Source: Candidatus Eremiobacteria bacterium
GTDB taxonomy: Bacteria; Vulcanimicrobiota; Vulcanimicrobiia; Vulcanimicrobiales; Vulcanimicrobiaceae
Assembly: GCA_963737065.1 (NCBI GenBank)
Contig: CAVTRC010000001.1
Span: 896,001 to 960,000 of the forward strand
Direction: 5' to 3'
Length of the DNA: 64,000 nucleotides
Part shown: piece by piece, positions 19,213 to 30,244 of the stretch
How the letters are laid out: every line of letters begins with the position of its first letter
Numbering within the stretch: position 1 is the first letter of the stretch
The notes under the pieces: model-generated
The model's input: the letters and a program-made list of their open reading frames with translations, nothing else
Databases searched by the model: none
What the model was told of the DNA's origin: nothing
Program-made: the position numbers and the translations under genes

Positions 19213-19923
19213 ATGCGAGGCGGACGGCAGGGCGTCGACTTGTCGATCTACGGTCGCGCGTTGCCGTATCTCTTTCGCAATCCGTCGATCCTCGCGATGC
19301 CGTTGCTCGCGGCGGTGATCGACATGTTGTTTTCGTACACGGGTCAAGTCACGACCGATGCCCTTGGCGGGCTTGGGAACGGCATCGTCGGGATGATCGT
19401 GCAGATCGTGTATCTATTCGCGTTCGGTGTCGCGATCATTCAAGCGAACAACGTCGCGCGCGGGTATAAAGCGAAGTTCGATGATGCCTGGGATGAGGCG
19501 CGCCGCAAGGCGGGGAGTATCTTCATCGCGGCGATCGGGTTTCAGTTCATCGTTTGGGTCGCCGCATACGCCGGCAGCCTCTTATCGGTCATCCCGCTAC
19601 TTCAGATCGCACTCCAGTTGCTCGCATACTTCTTCTTGATTCTCACAATGCCGGCTGCCGCGATCGGTGGGCTTCCGGGCGGCCTCGCCTTGTCCGGGTC
19701 GTTTCGCGCGGTGCGCGCGAACCCCGTACCGTGTCTCGTGCTCGCGGTGGTGTTCGTTGCATTGTGGATTGGCGTGCCGTTGCTTATCGATATGTACGTT
19801 GGAACGCGATTCGGCTTTTTAGGTTACGAGCTGATCATCGCGGTCGCGCGCGGGATAGTGCTTGCATTGATGGCATTCCCGTTCGCGACAACGTACGACG
19901 ATATCGCGTTCAAGCGGTGGTAG
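19213..19923 (+). CDS. Hypothetical integral membrane protein
   Basis: About 6 TM segments, directly downstream of mtnP. Confidence 0.65.
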   Translation: MRGGRQGVDLSIYGRALPYLFRNPSILAMPLLAAVIDMLFSYTGQVTTDALGGLGNGIVGMIVQIVYLFAFGVAIIQANNVARGYKAKFDDAWDEARRKAGSIFIAAIGFQFIVWVAAYAGSLLSVIPLLQIALQLLAYFFLILTMPAAAIGGLPGGLALSGSFRAVRANPVPCLVLAVVFVALWIGVPLLIDMYVGTRFGFLGYELIIAVARGIVLALMAFPFATTYDDIAFKRW

Positions 19924-19929
19924 AACGGC

Positions 19930-20949
19930 TCAGGAACGCGATGCTTTTGCGGTGAGCGACATTCGCACTAATTCGCTGACCATGTTCGGGCTGACGTTCG
20001 TGCGAGCGATACGTTGCGCGTCGTCGATTTTCGCGAGCATCGCGATCGCGTCGGAGGATTGAAGCCGCGGCAGCTCGCCGATCTCCTGTTCGTAATCCAC
20101 GGCGACAAGAGATGCCGAGGGTCCGGCAACCGAACGCGCCGTCCAATCGCGCACGAACGATTTGAGGATCTCTAGCCCCTCGTGCAGCGTTTCCCGCGTT
20201 GCCCATATCTCTTCGGGTGTATCGCCATCAACCACGGCAAAGAACCACTGCGCGACCTGCGCGCGAAGCGACTCTTCATCGCCGGTGAGCGCGGCGATTG
20301 CGCGGCTGACGCTGCCTTGGCCGAGCGACGCGCCCAAGTGCGCCTGTTCCTCGTCATAGTTCATGGCGCGGAGAATCGACCGCACTTGCGCTTGCGAAAG
20401 CGCAGGAAAGCGAAGCTCGATGAGGCGCGAGCGGATCGTCGCCAGCAACCGTCCCGGTGCAGATGTAGTGAGCAGCAACACGACGCCGCGCGGAGGTTCT
20501 TCGAAAAACTTCAACAGCGCGTTCGCCGCGTGATGCGTGGCGAAATCGACGTCACCCAGCAAAAGCACGCGCATGCCGCCGCTGTAGGACTGCATCGAAA
20601 GCTGACGCACCAAGTCGCGGGCCGTCAACTCCTCACTTTCGTAAAATCCCATCGCGGCATCGCTGTCACCGATCTTTAGGACACCGGTATGCTCGAGAAA
20701 GTCCGGATGGCGCGCAGCCTCGGCGCTCGCAAACAACCGGCAGGAATTACAGGTGCCGTCGTAGCCGAGAATTTCGCGTTTCGGCGCCTCGCACAGAAGC
20801 GATTGCGCGAGCCGCCGCGCAAATGTCTTTTTCCCAACACCGGGCGCGCCCGTGAAGAGATATGCGTGAGCGATCGAATCGCGCTCGAGCTGCCCAAAAT
20901 ATGCTTTCGGGCCGTCGGCTCCCACGACATCGAAATGCAGTTCGGTCAC
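19930..20949 (-). CDS. holB: DNA polymerase III delta' subunit
   Basis: HAYLFTGAPGVGK, HPDF, ANALLKFFEEPP, TIRSR; coupled to tmk. Confidence 0.88.
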   Translation of the reverse strand: MTELHFDVVGADGPKAYFGQLERDSIAHAYLFTGAPGVGKKTFARRLAQSLLCEAPKREILGYDGTCNSCRLFASAEAARHPDFLEHTGVLKIGDSDAAMGFYESEELTARDLVRQLSMQSYSGGMRVLLLGDVDFATHHAANALLKFFEEPPRGVVLLLTTSAPGRLLATIRSRLIELRFPALSQAQVRSILRAMNYDEEQAHLGASLGQGSVSRAIAALTGDEESLRAQVAQWFFAVVDGDTPEEIWATRETLHEGLEILKSFVRDWTARSVAGPSASLVAVDYEQEIGELPRLQSSDAIAMLAKIDDAQRIARTNVSPNMVSELVRMSLTAKASRS

Positions 20950-21554
20950 GATGCGTAATTGAGGATCTCATCGAGTGCGGCGTCGACGAGTTGCTCGGGT
21001 GTTCGAGTCGCATCAAAGACGCGATACCGGCCGCCATCACGGGCGAGCGCAAGAAAACCGTCGCGGACGCGCACGTGGAATGCGTCGTCTTCCGCCTCCA
21101 TGCGGTCCGGGTCTGCCGTGCGCGCACGCACTCGCTCGCGCGAAATCGCGACCGGGAGATCGAGCACGATCGTGAGATCGGGCGTGAGGCCGGCGGTTGC
21201 AATAGTGCAGAGTTCGCGTAGAAGCTCCAGATCGATGCCGCGCGCATAGCCCTGATACGCGAGCGTCGAATCGACGAAACGATCGCACAGGACCGTCGCT
21301 CCGCGGTCGAGCGCGGGTGAAATTACGTCGACGACGTGCTGCGCGCGGGCGGCGTTGATCAGGAGCGCTTCGGTGAGCGCCGCCGGTTTGAGGACCAGTT
21401 TCAGAAATACGTCGCGGATCGCGTCGCCCACGCTGGTCCCCCCGGGCTCTCGCGTAACGATGATTTCACCGCCTCTTTTCCGTAAGCGTGCTGAAAGGCC
21501 GGCGAGCAGTGTACTCTTGCCGCTGCCTTCGATGCCTTCGACGGTGATAAACAT
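20946..21554 (-). CDS. tmk: Thymidylate kinase
   Basis: FITVEGIEGSGKST, TREPGG, CDRFVDSTLAYQG. Confidence 0.96.
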   Translation of the reverse strand: MFITVEGIEGSGKSTLLAGLSARLRKRGGEIIVTREPGGTSVGDAIRDVFLKLVLKPAALTEALLINAARAQHVVDVISPALDRGATVLCDRFVDSTLAYQGYARGIDLELLRELCTIATAGLTPDLTIVLDLPVAISRERVRARTADPDRMEAEDDAFHVRVRDGFLALARDGGRYRVFDATRTPEQLVDAALDEILNYAS

Positions 21555-21644
21555 TACGGTTCAACGTTCGACGGAGCGGCTTTGCATGTCTTTCGCGGCG
21601 TTCGCGAACGCAGGCACGACAAGCGCTGTGCCGGCGCGCGGCGG

Positions 21645-22310
21645 CTACGGCAATTTACCGCCGAACGTTTCGCGTTGCCAGTCGTCGAGAAACGCTTGTA
21701 ACTCCGCGACGCGCGCTGCACCAAGCTTCTTCCCCGTTCTCGTAATGAGTTTCGGTGGAATATCAGTCACGAAGCCGCGAAGCGTCGCAATTTCTTTTGC
21801 GGCGCTTTCACCGTTTGCGCCGGTGAGTGAGATCATCCGCGCTTCACCGATTGCACCGAGAAAATCGAGCGAATCGGCGTCATGTAAGACGATCGCTTCC
21901 GGTTCGTTTCCGGGGTTCGAATAGTACATGTGCCCCCGCATCGCTGCCGCGACGCGGGGAAATTTTTCCATCGGAAACCCGGCCGCGCGGAGGATCGGCT
22001 CGCTCTCTACGGCTGCCACATCGCCGTGCTCGCCTTTTCGTTGATACGGCGGAAATGCAGCCATGTCGTGAAGCATGCATGCGGCGAAGAGCACGTCGGT
22101 ATCGATCGTCAATGCGTCGCCTTCGGCTAATTCGATCGCGAGGCCATAATTGCGTTCGGCGTGCTGCCATCCCCACGCGGGATGCTTGAACCCGGGATGG
22201 ACGAGATGATAGACGGTAACTTTCCATGGCGCATCCAAGGGAATTCCCGTGACCGTTGTTGGAGGCGCCGGTGATGCGACGGCAAGGACGATCGCTAACA
22301 ATAGGCTCAT
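21645..22310 (-). CDS. HD-domain metal-dependent phosphohydrolase, apparently with a signal peptide
   Basis: H(AER), LHDM, HDADSLDFLG; hydrophobic N-terminus. Confidence 0.8.
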   Translation of the reverse strand: MSLLLAIVLAVASPAPPTTVTGIPLDAPWKVTVYHLVHPGFKHPAWGWQHAERNYGLAIELAEGDALTIDTDVLFAACMLHDMAAFPPYQRKGEHGDVAAVESEPILRAAGFPMEKFPRVAAAMRGHMYYSNPGNEPEAIVLHDADSLDFLGAIGEARMISLTGANGESAAKEIATLRGFVTDIPPKLITRTGKKLGAARVAELQAFLDDWQRETFGGKLP

Positions 22311-22363
22311 CTTCCGCCCTCCGGCTCGAAATGCGCAGCGAGTTTTTTAGGATCGTGTCAACG

Positions 22364-23905
22364 CTATTCCGGGACTTTGAAGATCCGTACGCGGCGGTTC
22401 GGCTCGAGACCGGTACTGCGTGATTGCAGGCGGTATTTCTCGGCCAGCTGATGCTGCATTCGGCGCACGTACGAGGTCTGCGGCGAAAGCTCGATGCCTT
22501 GATTCGTCAGCAGAACCTGATACACGGCTTCTTCTGCTTCGCGAAGCGCAATCTCTTCGTTGTCGATTGAGCCCAAGTTGAAAACGTCACGCAGCGCCGT
22601 TTGAATCTGCGTGGTCGTGTTTGTCTTTATCGCATAGATTGGAACGTTGTCGGAGGCAATTTGTTTGAGTTTCGGCTGGCCCTTGCGCTCGAGCGTCTTG
22701 AGCGTTAGTACGACGTCCGCGTCGTCCCAGTTCCGCGCGATCGACGCGTTGACACGCAAATTGTGCACCGCGCGCTCGATCTTGTTGCGCGAAACGCCGT
22801 ACGGGAAGATCATGAGGGGTTTGTCATGCGCTTCGTCGTGCTGGTCGTGGTGCTCGTAGGCTTCCGCAAGTTGCGGCATCGATTCCGTATCCGCCTCCTG
22901 CACGATCGCCACGTCGCCGCTCGCCGTGCGCTGACGGATCTCGGGTTGCGGCTGGTATCCGCGCAAGAGTGCGTCCACGACTTCTGCGACGTTCTTGTGA
23001 ATTGCGAGCCGGTCGCGCTCTTGAATCTCGACGAGAAGGTCGAACGTCGGCGGCGCCTTTCGTTCGAGCACCGTCTTGCGCGTACCGCGGCGGCGCGCTT
23101 CTTCATCCGACAAGGTGACCGCGCTGATGCCGCCCACCAAATCGGAGAGCGTCGGATTCATCAAGAGATTCTCGAGCGTCTGACCGTGCGCGGTGCCGAT
23201 GAGCGTGACGCCTCGCTCCGCAATCGTGCGCGCCGCTTGCGCTTCCGCTTCCGTACCGATCTCATCGATCACAATTACTTCCGGCATGTGATTTTCGACG
23301 GCTTCGATCATAACGGCGTGTTGCAGCGCGGGGTCCGCGACTTGCATGCGGCGCGCGAGACCGATTCCCGGGTGCGGAATGTCGCTGTCGCCGGCGATTT
23401 CATTCGACGTGTCGACGATGACGACGCGCTTGCGGTCTTCCGAGAGTATGCGTGCGCATTCACGAAGCATCGTTGTTTTGCCGACGCCCGGACGTCCGAG
23501 CAAGCAAATCGATTTACCGCTTCGCAACACGTCGAGCAAAATGTCGATCGTGCCGTACACGGCGCGTCCGACGCGACACGTCAGACCGACGATCTTTCCT
23601 TGCCGGTTACGAATAGCGCTGATGCGATGTAGTGTTTGCTCGATACCAGCCCGGTTGTCGGCACCGAACGGCGAGATACGAGAACAAACGTGCGCGATGT
23701 CTTCGTTGGTAACCGGCGTCTCGGAAAGATAGCGGAAGTCCGCAGCAAATCGAGCCTCGGGCGGACGTCCCAGGTCGAGCACGACTTCGATGATCTCTTC
23801 GAGGTTGGGAAGCCGGACTAGCGCTTGCCGGATGGGGAGTGGGAAGATATCGAGCAGTTGGGAGAGCTCCCAACTCGGGGAGATCGATTGCGCCTTAACC
23901 GCCAA
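22364..23905 (-). CDS. SpoIIIAA/Ycf45-like AAA ATPase with C-terminal R3H domain
   Basis: [29 protein letters not shown]3H motif RRMQH. Confidence 0.88.
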   Translation of the reverse strand: MAVKAQSISPSWELSQLLDIFPLPIRQALVRLPNLEEIIEVVLDLGRPPEARFAADFRYLSETPVTNEDIAHVCSRISPFGADNRAGIEQTLHRISAIRNRQGKIVGLTCRVGRAVYGTIDILLDVLRSGKSICLLGRPGVGKTTMLRECARILSEDRKRVVIVDTSNEIAGDSDIPHPGIGLARRMQVADPALQHAVMIEAVENHMPEVIVIDEIGTEAEAQAARTIAERGVTLIGTAHGQTLENLLMNPTLSDLVGGISAVTLSDEEARRRGTRKTVLERKAPPTFDLLVEIQERDRLAIHKNVAEVVDALLRGYQPQPEIRQRTASGDVAIVQEADTESMPQLAEAYEHHDQHDEAHDKPLMIFPYGVSRNKIERAVHNLRVNASIARNWDDADVVLTLKTLERKGQPKLKQIASDNVPIYAIKTNTTTQIQTALRDVFNLGSIDNEEIALREAEEAVYQVLLTNQGIELSPQTSYVRRMQHQLAEKYRLQSRSTGLEPNRRVRIFKVPE

Positions 23906-24133
23906 CAGTGACCCTCGCTTCCAAGGGAGTGTGCGAACGTGTTACCCACATCTTGTGCCCGGCCCTGCCCGCTCGCACTATGCAATGTGGGAGGAATGCC
24001 TCTCTAGCTTTGTATCGGCACGCAAGGCCACTCGTAAGTACCATTCCACAATAAATGACTCGCCTGGGAGACGGTTTGGATGCGAAAAACGTTTACCGAG
24101 CCGCGACGCGCGGCCGCGTTCACGAAGTGATCG

Positions 24134-25648
24134 TCATGTCACGACGCGCACGGTCTTGAGTTCGTCGTCGTATGGGCCCTGGATCCGAACGCCCGCACGC
24201 AATTCGAGGCGTAAATAGTCGATCAGTTCAGGCGTAATCTCTTCGCCCGGCGAGATGACCGGGATACCGGGCGGATACGGTGAGATCGTTTCCGCGCAAA
24301 TCCGCCCGGCCGAATCCTTGAACGGTACGGATTCCGTGTCCGCGAGAAACGCATCGCGCGGGAGCATACGCATCGGCGGAATCGCCGGCAATTCGTAACT
24401 CTTGCGCGTCATGCGCTGTTCGAGGATGCCCGACGGAGCATACATGTCGAGCGGACGTTGGTCGTGCGCCAGCTCTTCGAATGCCGTCACGAAGCGTTCC
24501 GCCGCGTCCCGCGTCGTGCCGATCGTGAACAACGCAACGATATTGAAGAGATCCGCGAGCTCGACTTGGATGTTGTACCGCTTGCGCAGAATTTCGGACG
24601 CTTCGTATCCGGTGTAGCCGAGGCCCGTTACCCGCACGGTGACCTTCGTAGGATCGAGGTCGAATATGCCTTCGCGCCCCTGCAGCTCTTCACCGAAACA
24701 GTAGATCCCTTCGATCGCGTTCAGTCGACTGCGAATCTCGTTCGCGAGTTCGATCGTTTGCGAGAGCAGCGCCGCACCCTCGGTCGCCATTTGTTTGCGC
24801 GCAACGTCGAGCGATGCGACCATCGGCAAATTTGGTGACGTCGACAAAAACATCTTGAGTACCGACTTCAGCCGATCGAGCCGCACGCGATCGCCGATTT
24901 GATGCAGCATCGCGCACTGGGAGAATGCGGAGAGCATCTTGTGCGTTGAATTGATGGACAAATCCGCACCGGCTGCCGTCGCAGAAATCGGGAGCGCCGG
25001 ATGGAAGTGAAAATGCGGCCCCCACGCTTCATCGATGAGCAACATCTTGCCACGTTCGTGCGCGATGCGTTCGATCGAGACGAGATCCGCCGCGACGCCG
25101 TAGTACGTCGGCGACACGAGATAAACGGCTCTAATGTCCGGATGCGCATCCAATGTCCGCTCCACCGTTTCCGGCGTAACGGCATTGTCGATGTGCATCT
25201 CTTGATCCACGGCCGGCTGCATGTAGACCGGCTCCGCGCCACTCATCACCAATCCGCCCAGCATCGACTTGTGCGAATTACGCGGCACGGCGATCTTCTC
25301 GCCGGGATTCAACGCGGTCATCATCATGCACTGATTGCCGCTCGTGGACCCGTTGATGAGGAAAAACGTATGTTCGGCACCATACGCCTGAGCGGCAAGC
25401 TCTTGTGCGTCCTTGATCGATTCCGTCGGCTGCAGCAAATCATCGATGCCTGGCATCGGCGTAAGGTCGATCGCGAGGATATTGTCTCCGACGAATTCGC
25501 GGAAGGCACGATCCGCGCCATGACCTTGCATATGACCGGGCGTATGGAACGGCTGCACGCCGGAATCGACATAGTCGAGCAACGCTTGGAAATACGGCGT
25601 CCGCGTCTGATCGAGCGGCTCGCGATCGGGTCGCGGTTCGGCAGCCAC
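24134..25648 (-). CDS. PLP-dependent Orn/Lys/Arg decarboxylase
   Basis: FHTPGH, NGSTSG, RNSHKS, DEAWGPH, STHK PLP lysine, STSP, PYPPGIP. Confidence 0.92.
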   Translation of the reverse strand: MAAEPRPDREPLDQTRTPYFQALLDYVDSGVQPFHTPGHMQGHGADRAFREFVGDNILAIDLTPMPGIDDLLQPTESIKDAQELAAQAYGAEHTFFLINGSTSGNQCMMMTALNPGEKIAVPRNSHKSMLGGLVMSGAEPVYMQPAVDQEMHIDNAVTPETVERTLDAHPDIRAVYLVSPTYYGVAADLVSIERIAHERGKMLLIDEAWGPHFHFHPALPISATAAGADLSINSTHKMLSAFSQCAMLHQIGDRVRLDRLKSVLKMFLSTSPNLPMVASLDVARKQMATEGAALLSQTIELANEIRSRLNAIEGIYCFGEELQGREGIFDLDPTKVTVRVTGLGYTGYEASEILRKRYNIQVELADLFNIVALFTIGTTRDAAERFVTAFEELAHDQRPLDMYAPSGILEQRMTRKSYELPAIPPMRMLPRDAFLADTESVPFKDSAGRICAETISPYPPGIPVISPGEEITPELIDYLRLELRAGVRIQGPYDDELKTVRVVT

Positions 25649-25652
25649 CCAG

Positions 25653-25982
25653 CTACGCCATTACTTCGAAACCGAGTCGTTCCAGCATCGCGAAGTCATC
25701 TTCGTCTCCGCGGCCGCTCCTCGTCAAGTGGTTTCCAAGCACGATGCCGCTTGCGCCGCTGCGCATGCCGAAATCCTCTAGCATTCGCAGCATGGTTTCA
25801 CGCCGCCGCGAAACCGGACCAATGCGCGCGGCAGCGCGGGACGCGCCATGGCGACGAAACACACCGTGCCGGCGCGAATCGATCGGCGACGTGCTGCCGC
25901 CGCGAACAAAGGTACGCTGCGACGCATCGAAGGACTGCATCTGGGTGAACGAAAGCCAGAGCCGGAACCGAACTTCTACCAT
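25653..25982 (-). CDS. Small hypothetical protein; reality and start uncertain
   Basis: 109-aa ORF ending 4 nt before the decarboxylase start; no recognisable motif. Confidence 0.3.
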   Translation of the reverse strand: MVEVRFRLWLSFTQMQSFDASQRTFVRGGSTSPIDSRRHGVFRRHGASRAAARIGPVSRRRETMLRMLEDFGMRSGASGIVLGNHLTRSGRGDEDDFAMLERLGFEVMA

Positions 25983-26000
25983 GAGTGAGCCGAGCTTCGC

Positions 26001-27485
26001 GTGGACGCCGCGGTAATCATCGTCGGCGGAGGCCCCGTCGGCCTCTCGCTGTCGCTCGGTTTGGCGCGCTACGGCGTGCGTTCTATGCTACTCGAACGCA
26101 ACGCCGAGCCCGTTGCGGAGTCGCGCGCCGTTGTCATCTGGCCGCGTACGCAAGAAATATTCCGCGATTGGGGCGTCTACGATGCCGTGCGCTCGCGCTC
26201 GCGATTCATCGATGAACTGATCGTCGTTAACGCGCGAAACGAAAAAGTACTGGTTGCGCTTGATTGGAACGTTATCGATGACGTCGTCGAGAAACCTGGG
26301 GCCTTGATCATCCCGCAAAACGAAACCGAGAGCGCCTTACGGGAGCTGGTGCGCGCAAATCAGTTGTGCGAATTGCGCACCGGTGTGACGGTTACCGGCC
26401 TGCGCCAAGATCACGAAGCCGTCGACGTAACGTACGCCGACGGCGCAAACAAACATGTCGTGCGCGGCAGCTACGTAGCGGGATGCGACGGCGCGCACGG
26501 GGTCGTGCGCCATCTCGTCGGCCTCGCGCTCCAGGGCACGACGTATGACACTCGCATCGTATTGAGCGACGAGCTGTTCGATGAGGACTTCGACCGCGGC
26601 GTTACCGCACGCGCGCGGCTCGATCACGTACACGTTCGCGGCGCGCTGAAGTTCGGCGAGCGCATGTGGCGCGTCGTCGCCGCCGTTCCTGCTGACGACG
26701 GGAACGACGAAGACATTCTCTCGCAATGCGCACATCAGGAACGTCTTCGCGATATCTTCGGTGACCGCGCGTCGACGACCATGTGGAGCAGCGTATTCAA
26801 CATCCATAAGCGACATGCACAGCAATTTGTGGTGGGCCGTGTCGCGCTCGCAGGGGATGCAGCACACCTGAACAGCCCAGCCGGAGGCCAGGGAATGAAT
26901 GCAGGCATTCAAGATGCGGCAAATTTAGCTTGGAAAATCGCTTACGCGTTGCGCGGTCAGGGAGACGGCCGTACTCTCTTCGGAAGCTTCGATGTCGAGC
27001 GGCGCGAGATGGTCACCGATACGATCGAACGATATACGGACCGCCTGACGCGGGTCGCGCTTGGGGTTTCCACGCGCGCAAAACAATTCGTCGTGCGCGC
27101 GGTATCGCGCGCCATTCGCGGCCGCGGCATGCAGCGTAAGACATGCCGGGCGCTCGGAATGCTAAGCGGACGCTATACGAAATCGCCGATCATCGACATT
27201 AGCCACCCGCTGGCAGGCCGGCGCATCGATGATTTACGGCTTGAACACGGCCGGCGCATCAGTGAGATGCGCAACGGCGATCCCTTACTCGTCGTCGTCG
27301 GAGATTACGAGCTTGCTGTCCCACACGTTACAATTCGCACGCCGCCGAAACGCTGGCACGTGAAACCGCCTGTCGTATTGATCGTGCGTCCCGATGGGTG
27401 CGTGGCGTCCGTCGTGACAAAACCGACGCGCGAACGCATCGAGAGCGCATGGAATAAGGCCTTTTGCGGAACGCTGCGGCTGTGA
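26001..27485 (+). CDS. FAD-dependent monooxygenase (FAD_binding_3)
   Basis: GGGPVG, GCDGAHG, LAGDAAHLNSPAGGQGMN. Confidence 0.9.
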   Translation: MDAAVIIVGGGPVGLSLSLGLARYGVRSMLLERNAEPVAESRAVVIWPRTQEIFRDWGVYDAVRSRSRFIDELIVVNARNEKVLVALDWNVIDDVVEKPGALIIPQNETESALRELVRANQLCELRTGVTVTGLRQDHEAVDVTYADGANKHVVRGSYVAGCDGAHGVVRHLVGLALQGTTYDTRIVLSDELFDEDFDRGVTARARLDHVHVRGALKFGERMWRVVAAVPADDGNDEDILSQCAHQERLRDIFGDRASTTMWSSVFNIHKRHAQQFVVGRVALAGDAAHLNSPAGGQGMNAGIQDAANLAWKIAYALRGQGDGRTLFGSFDVERREMVTDTIERYTDRLTRVALGVSTRAKQFVVRAVSRAIRGRGMQRKTCRALGMLSGRYTKSPIIDISHPLAGRRIDDLRLEHGRRISEMRNGDPLLVVVGDYELAVPHVTIRTPPKRWHVKPPVVLIVRPDGCVASVVTKPTRERIESAWNKAFCGTLRL

Positions 27486-27730
27486 CGGACTGGATTACAT
27501 GGCTGTACATCGGCGGCGGCGTTCTGATGATGATTTCGGCCGTAATCCCGTCCCGCAGCTCTGCCATAACGCGCAGCGGCGCAGCGATCTTCGGATTCGG
27601 CGCACTCATCGTCGGGATTTCGCGCCTGCAATCCGATGCAACACCAATCAGATACGCGGGATCGGTGATTCTCGTCATCGGGGCCGTGGTGTACGTGATC
27701 GGATCGGTACGCGACCGCAAGGTAAAGTAA
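27482..27730 (+). CDS. Small membrane protein (3 TM)
   Basis: GTGA start/stop overlap with the monooxygenase; three hydrophobic segments. Confidence 0.6.
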   Translation: MTDWITWLYIGGGVLMMISAVIPSRSSAITRSGAAIFGFGALIVGISRLQSDATPIRYAGSVILVIGAVVYVIGSVRDRKVK

Positions 27731-27758
27731 ACCGGCACACCGAGCCGCAGAAGTATAC

Positions 27759-28289
27759 TTATCCTTCGATGCGCTCGTCGATCGATACGTTGTAGAGGAA
27801 TAAGAACTTGCCCCATTCATCGGGCAGCGTGTTGCGCTTGATTTGAATCCAGGGGATGTACTTCGGCTGACGTGGTTTCTTTTTCAACGTCAGATTGCAT
27901 TCGTTCGGCGTGCGGTTGTTCTTGCGGTTGTTACAGCGCATACACGCGCAGACAAGATTCTCCCACGTCGACGGTCCGCCGCGGCTCTTCGGCACGACGT
28001 GATCGACGGTCATGAGCTTCTCGCCGCGGACGCCGCAGTACTGACACGTGTGATTGTCACGAATCAAAACGTTCTTCTTCGTCAACGCGACTTTTTGCAT
28101 GGGCCGCCGGATGTAGTACAACATCCGGATGATGGAGGGCATGCGCATCTCGTAGCGCGTCGATGCAAGAATCCGGTCGCGGTCGTGAACGATCTCCGCT
28201 TTACCGGAAAACAGCAACTTGACCGCGCGCTGGAAGCTCGTGATGTTCAGGGCTTCATACGTAAAATTCAAGACGAGCACGTCGCTCAC
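27759..28289 (-). CDS. HNH endonuclease (McrA-like)
   Basis: VLVLN..YE, CQYCG, TVDHVVPKSRGG, WENLVCACMRCN. Confidence 0.92.
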   Translation of the reverse strand: MSDVLVLNFTYEALNITSFQRAVKLLFSGKAEIVHDRDRILASTRYEMRMPSIIRMLYYIRRPMQKVALTKKNVLIRDNHTCQYCGVRGEKLMTVDHVVPKSRGGPSTWENLVCACMRCNNRKNNRTPNECNLTLKKKPRQPKYIPWIQIKRNTLPDEWGKFLFLYNVSIDERIEG

Positions 28290-28355
28290 AATCGCTGTCC
28301 TCCTTCAGCGCGCGGCGGCGGATATCGGTGACAACATGCAAGAAAGCGAGACACT

Positions 28356-28646
28356 TTAGGTGCCTCGCTTTTTTACGAACGTCATTCGGGTTTCGGTCAG
28401 CATCTGCGTGATCGCTAACCTTTCGTCGGGCCGCAACCTTTCTTTCACCCGTTCGAAAGCGCTCGTCGCGACGTCGATCGCCGCTTCCGCACTGGGGAAA
28501 TCGGGTTCACGTTGGTCCGTGTCCGACAGATACGCATGCGCCGCAAGCGCGAGCGTCGCAATCACTTCGGTGAGCAACGGCTCGAGCGGCGGGATCTGCC
28601 CTTGGAATCCGGCCTGTGCGCCCGGAGGGGCCGCGTGCGAACTCAT
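28356..28646 (-). CDS. Small hypothetical helical protein (DUF1844-like pattern)
   Basis: About 96 aa; AHAYL...AEAAID...LTETRMTFV; follows pdxT. Confidence 0.55.
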   Translation of the reverse strand: MSSHAAPPGAQAGFQGQIPPLEPLLTEVIATLALAAHAYLSDTDQREPDFPSAEAAIDVATSAFERVKERLRPDERLAITQMLTETRMTFVKKRGT

Positions 28647-28658
28647 TTGTCGCACAGA

Positions 28659-29285
28659 TTATGCGGCCGAAGATGTCTTCCCTACGGTTTTTCTCGCCGC
28701 ATCGACGATTTTCAAGAAGTACGCATGAACGCGCGGATCGTTCGTAAGCTCGGGATGGAACGATGTTCCGAGCACGTTTCCCTGGCGAACCATAACGCCG
28801 TGGCCGTCACGTTCGGCGAGCAATTCGACCGAGGGACCGACGCGTTCGATCCACGGCGCGCGAATGAAGATCGCGGGAAACGGCTGCGCACCGAGCACGT
28901 CGATCTGCAGATCCACTTCGGCGGAGTCGTTCTGCCGGCCGAACGCATTGCGACGCACGGTAATGTCGATCAAGTCAAGCGTCGGCTGGTTGACACCCGC
29001 AACATCGTGCGCCGCGACGATCATGCCCATGCATGTGCCCCACAGCGGCATGCCGTTGTGCACGCGCGACGTGATCGGCGCGTGCAATGCGAATCGCTCG
29101 AGTAACTTCATGACCGTGGTCGACTCGCCGCCGGGAATCACGAGCCCATCGACTTTATCGAGATCCGCCTGGGTCTTCACCGCAATCGCGCGCGCCCCGG
29201 CCCGTTCGAGCGAGGCGATGTGTTCGATGACATCGCCTTGCAATGCGAGCACCCCGATGAGAGCCGGCGCGTTGCTAGTTTCCAC
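28659..29285 (-). CDS. pdxT: PLP synthase glutaminase subunit
   Basis: GVLALQG, IPGGEST, GTCMG, RNAFGRQ, FIRAP, FHPEL; GTG start overlapping the pdxS end. Confidence 0.95.
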   Translation of the reverse strand: METSNAPALIGVLALQGDVIEHIASLERAGARAIAVKTQADLDKVDGLVIPGGESTTVMKLLERFALHAPITSRVHNGMPLWGTCMGMIVAAHDVAGVNQPTLDLIDITVRRNAFGRQNDSAEVDLQIDVLGAQPFPAIFIRAPWIERVGPSVELLAERDGHGVMVRQGNVLGTSFHPELTNDPRVHAYFLKIVDAARKTVGKTSSAA

Positions 29286-30171
29286 GCGTTGCGAGCAGTT
29301 CCGAGTCCGCAAGCTTGCGCACATCGATGCCCGGCATCGCATCCGACGTCCCGAGCGAACGGCACGCTTCGGCCACGACCTTCGCATCGTTGAAGTGCGT
29401 CGTTGCATCGACGATCGCTTTTGCGAACTTCTTCGGGTCGTTCGACTTGAAAATGCCGCTGCCGACGAAAATCCCTTCCGCGCCGAGTTGCATCATGAGC
29501 GCGGCGTCGGCCGGCGTAGAAACGCCGCCGGCGCAGAACAGCACGACCGGAAGCTTACCGGCCTCGGCGACTTCACGAACGAGCTCGTAGCTCGCGCCGA
29601 GATCGCGGGCGCGCGCAACCAGTTCTTCCTTCGGTGCAACGGTCAGCATGGATATCGCGTCATTGATCGCGCGAATGTGCCGCACGGCTTCGACGATGTT
29701 CCCGCTTCCGGCTTCACCCTTACTGCGAATCATCGCGGCGCCTTCCGTAATGCGGCGCAGCGCTTCACCGAGATCGCGCGCGCCGCAGACAAACGGCGTC
29801 GTAAACGCGTGTTTGTCGCAGTGATACAGATCGTCGGCGGGCGTGAGCACCTCCGATTCGTCGATGTAATCGACGCCGACCGATTGCAGCACTTGCGCCT
29901 CGGCAAAATGGCCGATGCGGACCTTCGCCATGACCGGAATCGTAACGGCGTCCATGATTCCTTGAATCAGCTCGACCGAGCTCATGCGCGCAACCCCACC
30001 CGCCGCGCGGATGTCGGAGGGGATTCGCTCGAGCGCCATCACCGCGACCGCGCCGGCGTCCTGTGCAATGACCGCCTGGTCGGGCGTCACGACATCCATG
30101 ATGACGCCGCCCTTGAGCATCTGCGCGAGTCCGCGCTTGACGGTGACGGTTCCGGTTTGCTGGTCGGCCAC
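29275..30171 (-). CDS. pdxS: PLP synthase lyase subunit
   Basis: [44 protein letters not shown]. Confidence 0.97.
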   Translation of the reverse strand: MADQQTGTVTVKRGLAQMLKGGVIMDVVTPDQAVIAQDAGAVAVMALERIPSDIRAAGGVARMSSVELIQGIMDAVTIPVMAKVRIGHFAEAQVLQSVGVDYIDESEVLTPADDLYHCDKHAFTTPFVCGARDLGEALRRITEGAAMIRSKGEAGSGNIVEAVRHIRAINDAISMLTVAPKEELVARARDLGASYELVREVAEAGKLPVVLFCAGGVSTPADAALMMQLGAEGIFVGSGIFKSNDPKKFAKAIVDATTHFNDAKVVAEACRSLGTSDAMPGIDVRKLADSELLATRGN

Positions 30172-30244
30172 GATGGAACTCCTCTAAAACGACGCTTTGT
30201 CTCTATCGTATCAGCGGATTCCAATAAAGACATTAGGTACAACC

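Noticed and set aside
23931..23991. HDV-like ribozyme
   Set aside because: The pseudoknot topology is similar, but P3/L3, P1.1 and the catalytic J4/2 consensus are not matched on either strand
27759..28289. HNH as a homing or mobile endonuclease
   Set aside because: Ordinary standalone McrA-like family with no intron, phage or IS context
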